Assembly (NCBI GenBank): GCA_951406725.2
Contig: OX597830.1
Location: forward strand, 71,424,001-71,488,000
Direction: 5' to 3'
Source of the DNA: Octopus vulgaris
Lineage: Eukaryota
Length of the DNA stretch: 64,000 bases
The notes under the pieces are model-generated. The model saw only the letters and a program-made list of their open reading frames with translations. It was not told the origin of the DNA and made no database searches. The translations under genes and the position numbers were made by a program. The stretch's first letter is position 1, and every line of letters starts with the position of its first letter. This document shows, piece by piece, positions 26,357-39,884 of the stretch.

Positions 26357-27069
26357 TCTATATAAATAAAAGTGAAAAACTGTCTGTCCGGAACCTCTGT
26401 ATCTCAATCAACATTTGCTCTACATAGTCATTATTATATCTTCTTGGAATCAGGATGTTCTCGGGATTGAAAATCTGATCTTCATTTGGTTCTTGAACAT
26501 ACATTATTGGGATCTGATGTAAGAGCACTTGGGCAGCTATTTCTAGCTGGTAAGGCGACCGTGAAAAGTTTCAAATTCTTTACAAGAGTTACCCCACTTA
26601 GCTACAACGAAAATAATAAATGTGACATTCTGTGTCAGAAAAGTAATCAAAACTTTGAATTTAATATCAAACCTTTGTAACAGTTACCTCCATTACTTAC
26701 AATAATACAATTAACAAGAATCAAGGACAATCACTCAAAATTGTTGGTCTTCGCCTCATGCAGCAGTGCTTTCCCCATGGCCAGCTCTATGTTGGTTGTT
26801 CTAGAGATGGAAATGGCAACAATCTCTTCGTACTAGTACCAAATAGTAAAACCAAGAATATTGTACATCCTGCTGTTTCACAGTGATCTCTAAATGTCCA
26901 AATAATCCAAAAGTTTTCAAATATGATACTATGTAATATAAATCTGAGATGGTAGGATACCACAAAATGTTTTATTATTACTGCTCTCTTCTGGTTTGGG
27001 CCCTAGGCCCAATTTGCCCTCCATAGGATCTAGCTTAAAAGTCCGCACGGAGTGCGGGTTTTAAGCTAG
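26357..27069 (+). mobile_element. Non-autonomous Helitron
   Basis: 5' TCTATATAAATAAAA; 3' hairpin CCGCACGGAGTGCGG followed by CTAG; inserted between A (26356) and T (27070) with no TSD. Confidence 0.9.
26707..26886 (+). pseudogene. C-terminal fragment of Helitron Rep/Hel PIF1-family helicase
   Basis: TINKNQGQSLKIVGLRLMQQCFPHGQLYVGCSRDGNGNNLFVLVPNSKTKNIVHPAVSQ* matches PIF1 motifs V/VI (TINKSQGQ, HGQLYVAxSR, TxNIVY). Confidence 0.9.
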
Positions 27070-28559
27070 TATTGCATAAAAGCTGATTTATGAAATTAGC
27101 ATGCTTAAAAAATTAAAGGATAATTAAATACATCTGTACTAAATATTAGACCATAGCCCAGTTGAAGGCATTGTAGCATTAAAGACATAATGCCCTTGAT
27201 TTCATGTATATTTCGTTCAACACTGAATAAGTCGACAGGTTTGCGTTTTTTAATAGACAAGATCTTTTCAAATGCTTCTCTGAGACGAAATGTTACAGCG
27301 AGTGCCATTCAAATTTAAATATATATACACACCGCTATTTTAATCTAAATCTGTTTTAAATGTGTATATAAAATTAATACTGGCCATCTCTTGCGTAAAT
27401 CAATGGAAGTTTTGTTTCGATGTTGGTGGGATGTTGTCATATTAAATGAGGAAAGAAAAATCTTAGGATGTTTGCGTGGGTAACAAAGCGTTTTTATTAA
27501 TATAAAAGAACTATGACGTCATAGCAAAGTTTCCGAGGTTTGTAAGACCACTTCAGAGAGATATTTTTGGTGCCATCTTTCTGAAAGAACCTGTTCGTTC
27601 CTTTCAAACAATTCTGTAAATCTACACGATGGGCCAGTTCTTTTATTTTATCGACCCTATGTCATAAAAAAAAAGTAAATTGATCTCTGAAAGATTTTTA
27701 CCCAGATCACTGAGAACTGTAAAAAGTACTGCGCGGTATTTTATCTTATCCTCAAAAGATTCAACTAATTCGCCGCTGATTTTCTTCCATGCTCTCTGAC
27801 ACCGATAAATAAAGGTCTACGCAAGAATTAGCAGGTCATCCTTTGGGTGTGGTCTTTTATCAGTGGAGTATTTTAAACCAGGATTAGCAACCAAATAAAA
27901 AAATTAAAAAAAGGACACATGAGATAATTTAGTATTTGATACCCTATGCTTCATTGCCAAAGACGAGATAATCAGTACCGGAATGCATTTTAACGTGCCC
28001 TTTCATTTACTAAGACAATAGAAAAGTGAGGTAGATTTAGTTTCTATTTCTAGCAGGACCAGTGATCACCTGGAGGCCTCGCTCTCAACCATTGCTAATG
28101 TTGTTGTTGTTGCTGTTGTGTTTGTAGGCATGGTGTTTTCTGTCATTGTTGCTTTTGAACTTGAGATAAACTCAGTGGAAAAATACTGATGACCAAAGAC
28201 ACTCCAGCCGTGGACATCCCGCTTTTCTCCTAAGCATTGCTCATATAGGACACCATTATTTGATGTGTACATTTTAGAGAACACTACAGCGTAGCAAATC
28301 ATACGGTTAAATAAAATCTCCGAAATCTAATATTGATGTTGCAGTTTAGCCCCAAGTCAGACCTATAATGAAAAGCATTCCAGCCATGACCATTCTTTTT
28401 GTTATATGTATGGGAATCCAGAACCACATTATCCAAAGTGTCCTACCTTTGTGTGTGTATGTGTGTGTGTGGGGGGGGGTGAGGTAAGCGCGATGTGAGG
28501 CAGATTTAGCTATTATTTTTAGCAGATCGGCAGCCATATAGAAACATCTTTGTCCGCAA

Positions 28560-29985
28560 GTTGTATAACGGTGTTTTGATATTGTAGATGTAGTGGCAAA
28601 GTGGTGACGTGGATGTTTTTTTTTTGCGTTGTGGTAGTCAATGTGGCGGTTGAAGTATAGAAGTGTGTTGATGGCGTTTGGTAGTGTCAGTGTTGCAGTT
28701 GTTATGTGGTGGCTCTAGTGCTGTGCTTGGTGGAGGTTGTTGTGTGGTGGTTTGTTGTGGTTGCGGTATTGCAATGTGGTAGTTTTAGTGTTGTGGTTGT
28801 GGTGGTGGTAGTAGTAGTAGTGAAGACAGTGGTGTGCTAGTGGTGATGGTGGTGGTATTCAAAGTGGTAGTTTGTTAGGGTTTCATCAGCATAATGGAAT
28901 TTTTCTCCTTTTTCTTCCATTTTTTTTGTTTAGTCCCATTGTTATCTCCCCTTGCTCCTCCTCCCTCGTCAGTTACCCATCCATCCAGTCAGCTGGCCAT
29001 ACCTTCATCCTTTCCATCCTTTCTCTCTTCCTCTATCCATCTGTCCAGCCATCCAACCAGTTAGCCAGCCAGCAAGCCAGCTAGCCAGCCATCCCCCATC
29101 CTTCCATCCGTCACAACCACATCTAATCGCGCCATCTTTTTACATTTCTGACCACTCCGTATCCGTTCTATCTCTTTAAGCGATCATTTTGCACGCTTAA
29201 TAGAGTTACAGAACAATGTAGAGTAAATAGTGTGGTGGTGGTGGTGGCGGTGGTAGTGGTGATGTTTATTTTGTGGTAGTGGGTGGATAGAATGGCGGTA
29301 GTAGTCTTGCGTTAAAGTGGTGGTGATTTTACTGTTGTGGTAGTGGTTTTTGGTGGTAGTAGTAGTGGTGGTAGCTTGGTTGTATTGTTGTAGTAGTGTG
29401 GTGGTCACATAGTGGTTTTAGAGTTGAGGTTATACGGTGGTTACGGTGAGTTGGTGGTGTGGATTTGAAAGGTGGTTTTGATATTGTTGTTTTTGGTGGT
29501 GGTGGTGATAGTGGTGTAGGTGTTGGTGTAGTGGTTATGGTGGCAGTGGTTGTGGTGGTGGTAGTGGAAGTGCAGATGGTTATGGTGGTGTTGACTGTGA
29601 TGATGGTTATGGTGGTGGTGGTGGTGGCGCAGATGGTTATGGAAGTGATGATATTGGTGATAGTGGTGGTTGTATTGTAGACGTATGGTAGAGGTAATAT
29701 GATAGTTATGTGCTGTTGTGCACTGGCCAAGTGGCAGAGATGTAATGGTGGTCGTGTAGTAACGGCGGGATGGTGCCTTGGTAGACACGTGTCACTGTGG
29801 TAGTGCAAAGTTAATGGTGTAGTGTTTGTAAGTGACACAGGGGGAGCACTAGAAATATAGCCTAGTGTGCTATCATGAAAGTGTGTTGACGTGCGATATT
29901 GTACATGGGGTAGTGCTCTGTTGGTGTGTAGTGGCCGTAGTGTGGTCATACTGTAGTGGTGTGCATTCCTGCTGGTGGTGGTAGT
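28560..29985. repeat. Degenerate (GTG/GTA/GTT)n low-complexity region interrupted by a pyrimidine-rich/(CCAG)n block
   Basis: Direct reading. Confidence 0.8.
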
Positions 29986-29994
29986 TAATATTAT

Positions 29995-30228
29995 AAGGCG
30001 GCGAGCTGGCAGAAACGTTAGCACGCCGGGCGAAATGCTTAGCAGTATTTCGTCTGCCACTACGTTCTGAGTTCAAATTCCACCGAGGTCGACTTTGCCT
30101 TTCATCCTTTCGGGATCGATTAAATAAGTACCAATTACGATCTGAGGTCGATGTAATCGACTTAATCCGTTTGTCTGTTCTTGTGTGTCCTCTCTGTGTT
30201 TAGCCCCTTCTGGGTAGTAAAGAAATAG
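29995..30228 (+). mobile_element. SINE family A, full length
   Basis: Consensus-like; flanked by the direct repeat GGTAGTTAATATTA. Confidence 0.9.
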
Positions 30229-31666
30229 GTAGTTAATATTAATAGCGTTCTAGCATAAGGCGGCGATCTAGTAGAATCGTTAATAAGCTGGGTTAACTTT
30301 GCCTTTTATCCGTTCGGGGGTCGATGAAATAAGTACCAGTTGAATACTAGGGTCAATGTAACCGACTTCCTTCCACTCCTCAAATTTTCTGGCCTTGCAA
30401 CAAAATTTGAAACCAGTATTTATTCCCAACAGCGTTTTGTGTCCTTGAGCAAGACACGTTACTTCACGTTGCTCCAGTCCACTCACCTGGTAAAAATGCG
30501 ATGTACCTGTAATTCAAATCGGTCATCCTTGTCACAGTTCTGTGGTACGCTGAATGTCCCTAAGAACTACATTCACGGTACACGTGTCTGTGGAGTGTTC
30601 AACCACTTGCACGTTAGTTTCCCAAGCGGATTGTACCACTGATCGGATCAACTTGAACCCTCATCGTCGTAACCAACGGAGTGCCGGATATTATCGTTGG
30701 CACTATAAGCAGGAAACCAAGGCGGCTGCTGAGAGTAGAGCCACTGCTATTACTACAGAACCCTAATGAAGTCAATAACCTTTTGTCACAGCATGAGAGA
30801 GACCCGTCTATAATCAGATACAACGATGGGGTTCCTCTACATGATAGCAGAGAATTAGCTGCACGTCATTGGGGACTACCAGCTGAAGTTTTCGTAACAT
30901 GTCGCAGTAACGTCGATTCGGCTAGACATAATCTTTAACTTAGTGTTAAGAAAACCAAAGATCAGTGATCTTTAAGAAGAAATGGGCAAATTACCAGATC
31001 CTGGTGAAGAAGTGCCAAGCCAGAATCAGAAATCATTATGAATTCATTATGAAGTGAATTTCCCAGACGTCCACTCTGCAAAGTCCACACGCTACTGGAC
31101 TTTACAGGAATAACAAAGTGAAAGGGAATTTAAGCGGAAAACGAAACTGCAGGGAAAACCACCGGCTGTCTTTTTGTGATGAAGGTTGGTCAGTAGATGC
31201 TTGTTGCCGAGATGCATTTCGAGATCTTATCAAGGTCATAAGATCGAGGCAGTTCGATGTTAACAGAGTCGAAAGACGTGATAATCTCAAGTCACATCAC
31301 AAACGATTGTCCCTCCTCATTAGCACGCATGCACACATATATATATACACAAATGCAGTATAAATATATACATAAAATGTATATTAAAAAAATGAGCCTA
31401 GCGATGCTGGTTCAAGACATTCAGTGTTTAATGTCGTCTTACATGACAGTCGTCATTATCTCCCGAAACCTACGTATTTATCCACACACGTGCGGGCGTG
31501 TGTGCGTGTATCCGTGTGTGTATGTGTGCGTTTGTATATGTACATATATATGTGTTCGTGCGCGTGTGTATATGTGCGCACGCGTGTATCTATGTGAGTG
31601 TGAGAGCATCTTGATTTTTACGTTTCCTGGTGGAACTCAGTGTAAAATTTAATCCCTTTTTATAAT

Positions 31667-31698
<32 letters not shown>

Positions 31699-31887
31699 CA
31701 GACAGAGACTGACAGACAGACACACACACTGATAAAAACTGTCATAGGGTGGGTAAGAATAAATATCTTTGCAGGGTGAGGAAATGGAAATGAAAGATAC
31801 ACGAACTAAATACGTGTATATGCATTTGTTAACGCAGTGTATATTATGTGTGTGTATATATGTGTACACAAGAGATGTTGCTTGGAA

Positions 31888-32468
31888 ATGTATATATATA
31901 TATGTATGTATATATATATATGTATGTATATATATATATGTATGTATATATATATATGTGTGTATATATATATATGTGTGTATATATATATATATGTGTA
32001 TATATATATATGTGTGTATATATATATATGTGTGTATATATATATATGTGTGTATATATATATATGTGTGTGTATATATATGTGTGTATATATATATATA
32101 TGTGTGTATATATATATATGTGTGTGTATGTATATATATATTAGTGTATATATATATGTGTGTGTATATATATATGTGTGTGTATATATATGTGTGTGTA
32201 TATATATGTGTGTGTATATATATATGTGTGTATATATATATGTGTGTGTATATATATGTGTGTGTATATATATATGTGTGTATATATATATGTGTGTATA
32301 TATATATGTGTGTATATATATATGTGTGTATATATATATATGTGTGTATATATATGTGTGTATATATATGTGTGTATATATATGTGTGTATATATATATG
32401 TGTGTATATATATATGTGTGTATATATATATGTGTGTATATATATGTGTGTATATATATGTGTGTATA

Positions 32469-32516
<48 letters not shown>
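31888..32516. repeat. Higher-order (TG)2-4(TA)4-6 array
   Basis: Direct reading. Confidence 0.92.
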
Positions 32517-32518
<2 letters not shown>

Positions 32519-33224
32519 AGGATGCAAAAGATAAAAAAATGCCTGGAAGGCCGCAGAATTAATTGAATGAATGAATGGACAACTTGCATCATTAGTGGCC
32601 GATGTTGATCCATCTGTACTTTAACAGACGGTCCGTGCCTTGTTGGTTATTTTCTATCATCAGATCGTATTATAAAGATTGTTAACTTACATGTCTAGAT
32701 CAAAATGTTTGCCGGCCGTTAAAACATTGGCCAGAACCATGTATTAGTGGCGTTGGTTCTAAAAACAACTAATGGAAAATGTATGAAAATATAAGTTGGA
32801 AGATCGTAATAATGAGTGATGTTTGAGAAAGTCAACAAGACTACCGCCATTTTGTCTCATCGTGCCGTATGTTTGGTTGCCAGGATTCGCAGCTATCTCT
32901 GCACGTAACTAAGAGCTGTATTTATACATACATATTTGTAAGTTTATATATATATATATATATTATCCTTTGAAGCTCTCATCTGAAATCTGAAATTTTT
33001 GAAGCAGTGAATCTACGACATTTCCTTTGCTCAAAGTGGAGAATATGTATACATCCCAGTAAAGAACGATCAAACCGACTGAGGTACTCGCGTAAAATAT
33101 GATCAATGTCTTTGGATGTGTGTGAATGTGTGTGCACATAAATATGTTTATATATACATACATATTCATGAATTATATGCATATATATATATATACACTT
33201 ACATACATATATATATATATATAA

Positions 33225-33256
<32 letters not shown>

Positions 33257-33259
33257 TTA

Positions 33260-33420
33260 GGTTCAGGAATCGCTGTGTGGTAAGAAGCTTGCTCCTAACT
33301 ACATGGTTTCGGGTTCAGTCCCACCGCGTGGCACCTTGGGTTAGTGTCTCCTACTATAGCTTCGGGCCGACCAAAGCCTTGTGAGTAGATTCGGTAGACG
33401 GAAACTGAAAGAAGCTAGCC

Positions 33421-33466
<46 letters not shown>

Positions 33467-33650
33467 CTCCTCAGCATCGCTTCATAGTGATGTTGGTGTG
33501 TTTACGTCTCCTTAACTTAACGGTTCTGCAAAAGTGATCGATAAAATAAGTACTAGGCTTCTACAAAGAATATATCCTGGGGTCGAATTGTTCGATTAAA
33601 GGCGTTGATTCAGCATGGCCGCGGTCAAATAACTGAAGCAAGGGAAAAAA
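33260..33650 (+). mobile_element. SINE family B
   Basis: Head, CORE-like box, internal microsatellite and tail all present. Confidence 0.85.
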
Positions 33651-34171
33651 AATAGAAAAAAATACAAAATTGCGTGGGTCAGTGCTTAGGGTATTCGGCT
33701 GACGATCGTAAAGTTGTGAGTTCGAAAACGGTGGCGTTTTGTCCCATTGAACAATTGAACAAGAGACTTCATTAAACGTTGCTCACAACCACTCAGCCGG
33801 TAAGAATGAGTAGTACTTGTAATTCAAAGTGCCAGCCTTGCCAAACTGAATCTCCCCGAGAACTACCTGAAGAGTACGTGTGTCTCGTTAATTTCACGAA
33901 CAGGCTTGTTCCGTTGATCAGATCAGCTGGAACACTCGTCTTGGTTACCGAGAGAGACGGTTGTGTGTGTGTGTGTGTGTCTGTGTGTGTGTATGTATGT
34001 ATGTGTGTGTGTGTGTGAATGTCTCTGTGTGTGTGTATGCATATTGAGGGAAGAAGGTACCATGAGGTACGGATATCTTGGAATATGTGTATGAGCCTGT
34101 GTTTTGCTTCTATGAAACAAGCAGCATTTTCTAGTTAGTGTTCGCTCCTGAATACGTCCGTTATGCCTATA

Positions 34172-34220
<49 letters not shown>

Positions 34221-34459
34221 CACACAAGGCTCCTGTTTAGTGATTCGTGAGTGTAATACAATAAACAGCTTTTGCTACAATACTTCTCGTTCGACAAATT
34301 GATGTTTATCTACCTTACCGTGGGGAGTATATATGAACCGAATAATCTGATCTTTTTCACTGAACAGCTGACCAATGTTCAATACAGAGGCTACAACATG
34401 CATAGACACCATATTGGCGTATTCCAGCGAATACACTCACACTCATGTATGTATGTATG

Positions 34460-34502
<43 letters not shown>

Positions 34503-34626
34503 GTTTAAACATATGTATATAAACATGTACACACACACATATATATTTATATACATATATATGTTGATGCATATATGTATGAATATATATAAACATATGT
34601 ATGCATATATATATATACACACACAC

Positions 34627-34676
<50 letters not shown>

Positions 34677-34789
34677 GGATAGTGGTGCAGCAATGAATTT
34701 TGTATATACATGTGTATATATATAAATGTATATATGTGTGTGTGTGAGAGAAAGAGTGTGTGTATGTGTGTGTAGATATGCATTAGAAC

Positions 34790-35055
34790 GGCTTGGGTTT
34801 CAGGGGACCACGACTGTTTAATATCCTGAAAAACAACCTCAGAGAATTGCGAAGTGTCGATGAAGAAACCTTCAAAAAAGCAACGGGAGAAATTTGTATC
34901 TGAGATCCCAGATGAACCCACATCGTGACAGGAGGCATAAAAATGAGCAGCTCCGTCCAACTCGCTTCTTCACCAAAAACAATTCAGAAAAGGGGCCTTA
35001 AAACACACAAAGTCGGCGCACCATCATGGCTCCAGCCTCTGGCTGAAATCAATTA
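34790..35055 (+). mobile_element. 3' end of a CR1/L2-like LINE (ORF2 C-terminus plus 3' UTR), 5'-truncated
   Basis: Reads [50 protein letters not shown] (frameshift and stops), similar to the conserved CR1-group ORF2 end; followed by a stem-loop tail. Confidence 0.7.
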
Positions 35056-35869
35056 GAGAGAGAGAGAGTATATATATATATATACGCACAGACACTAACA
35101 TATGTGCACATAAACTGAACCATAAAAGAAACGTCTCACACATACTAAACAAAAACCGGTTTATTAACAGACTGCCATAGCATTGATTGAAGAGTGCTAA
35201 TTAAGAAGTTTTCTTTCCTAATGATAAAACGTCATTTCCGAAAAATATTTGAGGTCACATGGTATCACGTGATGACGAAGTGTCTTGGATCCAAAGAGAT
35301 GAACTCATTATCACACTGTTGGAGTTGATTACAGTCAGGCACGTTAAATACAACAAACAGTTGATGAAGGCCATGGGGATAGCAGCATACACTCTGTTAA
35401 AAGTTGTGCCGCAGTTGTCGGCTTTTGACGGATGTCATATAGCCTTCTTTGGTTCTCTCTGGACAAGCCATGGCAATGTCTGGATAATGTGCTGTTGGAG
35501 GCAATCTGTTGTCAACCTGTCAGTATGTGTACGGGGGTTGACTTTGGTTGGATCACGTGATTCCAATGACGGTCAATGTGTGTGCTTCAACACTTGGTCG
35601 AGGTAACGAGCAGCAGCCACTGTACTGCCTCGGCAATACAGTGGAAAACCACCGGTCAAAGTTTCTGGTTGAGTGCAATCCAGCCTCACACCATGATGCT
35701 CTGTACTCCCTATGAATCTCTCTCCACCACACAGACATCGGCATGACGTTCACCATTTCTTCTTCAAACTTTGCCTCTACCATCTGCCACAGAGAGGCGG
35801 TGCGCCAACATCGCCACAGTCAAATGACTGAAAAAAAGCAAAAGAATAGACACACACACACACAGACGT

Positions 35870-35949
<80 letters not shown>

Positions 35950-35975
35950 TGTTTCTGTGGAGATACAAAAGCTAA

Positions 35976-36006
<31 letters not shown>

Positions 36007-36011
<5 letters not shown>

Positions 36012-36305
36012 CCTTTTCAAGCCTAGCCAGGCTCATGGGCCCGGTTTCCCGGTTTCTGTGACGTATGTGTTCCCCACCCCCCAGCTGGACGGGACGCCAG
36101 TCCATCGCAGCGTTACTCAAGAAACAGGAAGAAAGAGTGAGAGAAAGTTGGGGCGAAAGAGTACAACAGGGGTTGCCACCACCCCTTACAGGAGCCTCGA
36201 GGGGCTTTAGGTGTTTTCTCTCAATAAACACACACAACGCCCGGTCTGGGAATCGAAACTACAATCTTCTGACCGCTGCAGTAACCACTGGGCCATTGCG
36301 CCTCC
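36007..36305 (-). mobile_element. SINE family D with tail type a (V-SINE-like CTGCGATGGACTGGCGTCCCGTCCAG)
   Basis: Reverse-complement head GGAGGCGCAATGGCCCAGTGGTT..GTTTCGATTCC; tail shared with 62963-63215. Confidence 0.88.
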
Positions 36306-36376
36306 ACTATATATATTTAGTGGAGGCGCAATATGTATGTATGTATGATGTATCTCTCTCTCTCTCCCTGTGTGTG

Positions 36377-36421
<45 letters not shown>

Positions 36422-36989
36422 TACATACACACAGAGGGAGTGAGAGAGAGATACATCATACATATATACATATATATTTATGGATAGCTACGTAGATATA
36501 CGTACATAACATGTTTAACTTTATGTCAGAGCCGCCGTTAGTCTATTGCTGTAATTTTCTAGTATGCTCCAATACATTCCATGATACCAGTAACCCAGTG
36601 ATTCTACAGATTTCCTGGAAATCAGGGGCGTGCTTCCAGCTGTTTGGGTTGAACGGATTAATTTGATGTATAGAACGGAATATGAGTTTATTGAACGTGC
36701 TATACAAAGAATCTTTATAATCAATGATTCCACATCCAGCATACAAAACGTATGGTGGATAGATATTAGAAGTCCATGAGTTTTACAGCCAAAAGTTTTT
36801 TCCGATATATGGGTTGTTCTTTATACCTTTCGTAGTGCTTACAATGCCAAGAGTGCATTGTGGTCAACAGTGTATAACAACAAGTGATAGCTTGGTCTGG
36901 TGTGGTTGTGTGGTATAAGAGACTTGCTTCCCAGCCACATGGTTTCGGGTTCAGTTCCATTGCGTGGCAACTTAAGAAACCCGTCGTAT

Positions 36990-37023
<34 letters not shown>

Positions 37024-37372
37024 CATATATGTGAGTATGTGTACGTGTGTGCGTTGTTTTTTGAGTATGTGTTTGTCCACCACCAACGCTTCTGAATCCA
37101 ATTGATGCTGTTGTGTTTACGTTCCTGCAAGCGGTTCGGCAAAAGAGTCCGATTGAATAAGTACCATGTTTACAAAAACAGTTGTCAATAGAATAATCAA
37201 CCAAGAAAAATGTCGGTGTGGTTAGAAGTTTGATTTACAACCACATGGTTTTCTGTTCAGTTCATCGCGTTAAACGTTGGGTGAATGTTTTCTACTGTAG
37301 CCCCGTGCCGACCAGACATATGAGTGGATTTGGTAGACGGAAATTGAAAGAAGCTCATCGTGTATGCGTGTT

Positions 37373-37404
<32 letters not shown>

Positions 37405-37407
<3 letters not shown>

Positions 37408-37630
37408 TTTACTACCCACAAGGGGCTAAACACAGACGGGACAAATAAGGACAGACAAACGGATTAAGTCGATTACATCGACCCCAGTGAACTGGTACTT
37501 AATTTATCGACCCCGAAAGGATGAAAGGCAAAGTCGACCTCGGCGGAATTTGAACTCAGAACGTAGCGGCAGACAAAATACCGCTAAGCATTTCGTCCGG
37601 CATGCTAACGTTTCTGCCAGCTCGCCGCCT
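37405..37630 (-). mobile_element. SINE family A
   Basis: Consensus-like reverse copy. Confidence 0.9.
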
Positions 37631-37643
37631 GATATATATATAT

Positions 37644-37932
37644 ATCACTGTGATCACCGTGACCGACCAGACTATCAGATGTTGCTACACATCGCTGGTC
37701 ACAATGCACTTCGCATTGTTTTAGCTTTCAAATGACGCCACTTTGCTGGCTAAGCGAGCAGGCCAGTAGAAGAAAGAGTGAGAGAAAGAGTACAGCAGGG
37801 ATCGCCACCGGAGCTTCGTAGAGCTTTAGGTGTTTTAGCTCAATAAACACTCACAACGCCCGGTCTGGGAATCGAAACCGCGATCCTACAACCGCGAGTC
37901 CGCTGCCCTAACCACTGAGCCATTGCGCCTCC
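37644..37932 (-). mobile_element. SINE family D with tail type d
   Basis: Same head as 36007-36305; tail GCATTGTGACCAGCGATGTGTAGCAACATCTGATAGTCTGGTCGGTCACGGTGATC. Confidence 0.85.
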
Positions 37933-38585
37933 ACACACACACACATACACACAGGCACACATATATATGCATATGTATGTGTGTGTACATATGAGTGTAA
38001 ATATATATTTGTGCATATATATATATGTAGATATGTATATGTGTGTGTGAACAGATATACGTGTGTGTGCTTGGATCTGCGTTTGTTTCCCACCACCGCA
38101 ATGACAATCGGTATTAGTTTGATGACGTCCAAGTAACTTACTAATTCGGCAAATAGAGACCGATAGAATATCTACCAGGCTTAAAAAATAAATAACGAGA
38201 TTTGTTCCACGAAACCCTTCAAGGCTTTGCTCCTGCAGGGCCACATTCTAGTGACTGAAACAAGTAAATGATAAAAGAATATCTTCAGTAATACATACCC
38301 CTTCCCCACATACGTTTTCCTTTCCATCTCAGTAGCATATCTTTGACTGTTCTGTCTAGTCCTGGAATTGCCACTTAATTGAAAGCTAGTCGGGTTATCA
38401 GAGGAACCACCACAATGTGCCACGTATAAACAGACCGTTAGGGTTATTAATAGTTGACGAGGTCAGGGGATAAGCAGAGACAGTAGAGCATCGGACAAAA
38501 ATTCATAGCATTTTCATCTTTCATACTCCAGTATTCCCGGTTCAAACTCCACCAGTGCTGACTTACCATTTCAGCATCGAAGAGT

Positions 38586-38644
<59 letters not shown>

Positions 38645-38647
<3 letters not shown>

Positions 38648-38815
38648 GAAAAAAAAAAAAGGCGAAGACAGGTGGTGTACAAAACAAACAGATGTATTAG
38701 TATAACGCTCAGGAATAGAAAAAGTCTTTTACGTTTCGAGGCTACGCTCTTCTACAGAAAGGGACACAGAAAAAACAAAGAGAGAAAAAAATGTGTGTAG
38801 TGGCTACCGATCTAT
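38645..38815 (-). mobile_element. Penelope-like/retrozyme-like short element with variant hammerhead motif
   Basis: Reverse complement CUUU-CUGUAGA-A-GAGC-GUAG-CCUC-GAAAC-GUA-AAAG; flanked by (TA)n; homolog at 58325-58512. Confidence 0.6.
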
Positions 38816-39187
38816 GTATATATATATAAAATCTCTAAACCTCTCTAAAGGAAACTACGGCAGCAGTACTGGGTATTAATAGTTATCGCCAACCTAACAT
38901 GGCAGTCCAGGAAAATAGAAAGAATGCTGCCGTTGATTAGCTATGCGACACAGGTTTTCTGGACTGCTATGTTAGTTTGGCGATAACTGTGTATATGTAT
39001 TTATATATATTTTCTACTCTTGGTACAAGGCCCGAAAATTTGGGGGAGGGGCGTCTGTCGATTACATCGACTCCAGTACACATTTCGTACTTAATGTATC
39101 GACCCCGAAAGGATGAAAGGCAAAGTCCACCTCGATGGAATTTAAACTCAGAACATAAAGATAGACGAAATACCGATAAGAATTTCG

Positions 39188-39231
<44 letters not shown>

Positions 39232-39884
39232 GTACGTTAATACATACGTACGTACATACAAATGTGAGAGCGTGTGGCTTAGTGATTAGGGATCGTAGGG
39301 TCGCGAGTTCGATTCCTGGTGGTGCGTTTTGTCCTTCAGAAAAGTACTTTATTTCACGGTCCAATCAACTGGTAAAAATTTGTAGTATCTGTATTTCAAA
39401 GGACCAGCCTTGTCACACTCTGTGTCACGCTGAATCTCCCTGATAAGTATGTAAAGGGGTACAGGTCTCTGTGGAGTGCTCAGTCACTTGCACGTTTATC
39501 TCACGAGGAAGTTGTTCCGTTATTCGGATCAACTGGAACCCACATCGTCGTAAGCGACGGAGTGCCTGTACGTACATACATAGTAATTCATGTTTCCAAA
39601 TAGATATGCGACTTTTACTGTTACGTTTAGAGCTCGACGTTAATTATTATCATCGAGTACGCATCAGTATAGTGCTTCATCAATTACTATAATTTGTAGC
39701 ATTACCGGTTATTATACACAAAGCAAATGTAGGAGAAATTAGGATAAAATTTATATCATTTGTTCTTACGTACGTTCCACAATTGCAGTTGTTTGGAACA
39801 TTGAAGCGTATTGGAAACATAACCACAACGAATCATCAGGGGTAAAATTTATGGTATTATAGTCAGAAAAACGAAAGTCGTATA

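Noticed and set aside
27511-27524. 14-bp palindrome CTATGACGTCATAG containing a CRE (other TGACGTCA at ~44230 and ~56359)
   Set aside because: An isolated motif with no supporting context; cannot be distinguished from chance.
29329-30060. 243-aa Thr-rich, mucin-like ORF
   Set aside because: Starts inside a SINE and runs through degenerate (CAC/CAT)n repeats; no splice or domain support.
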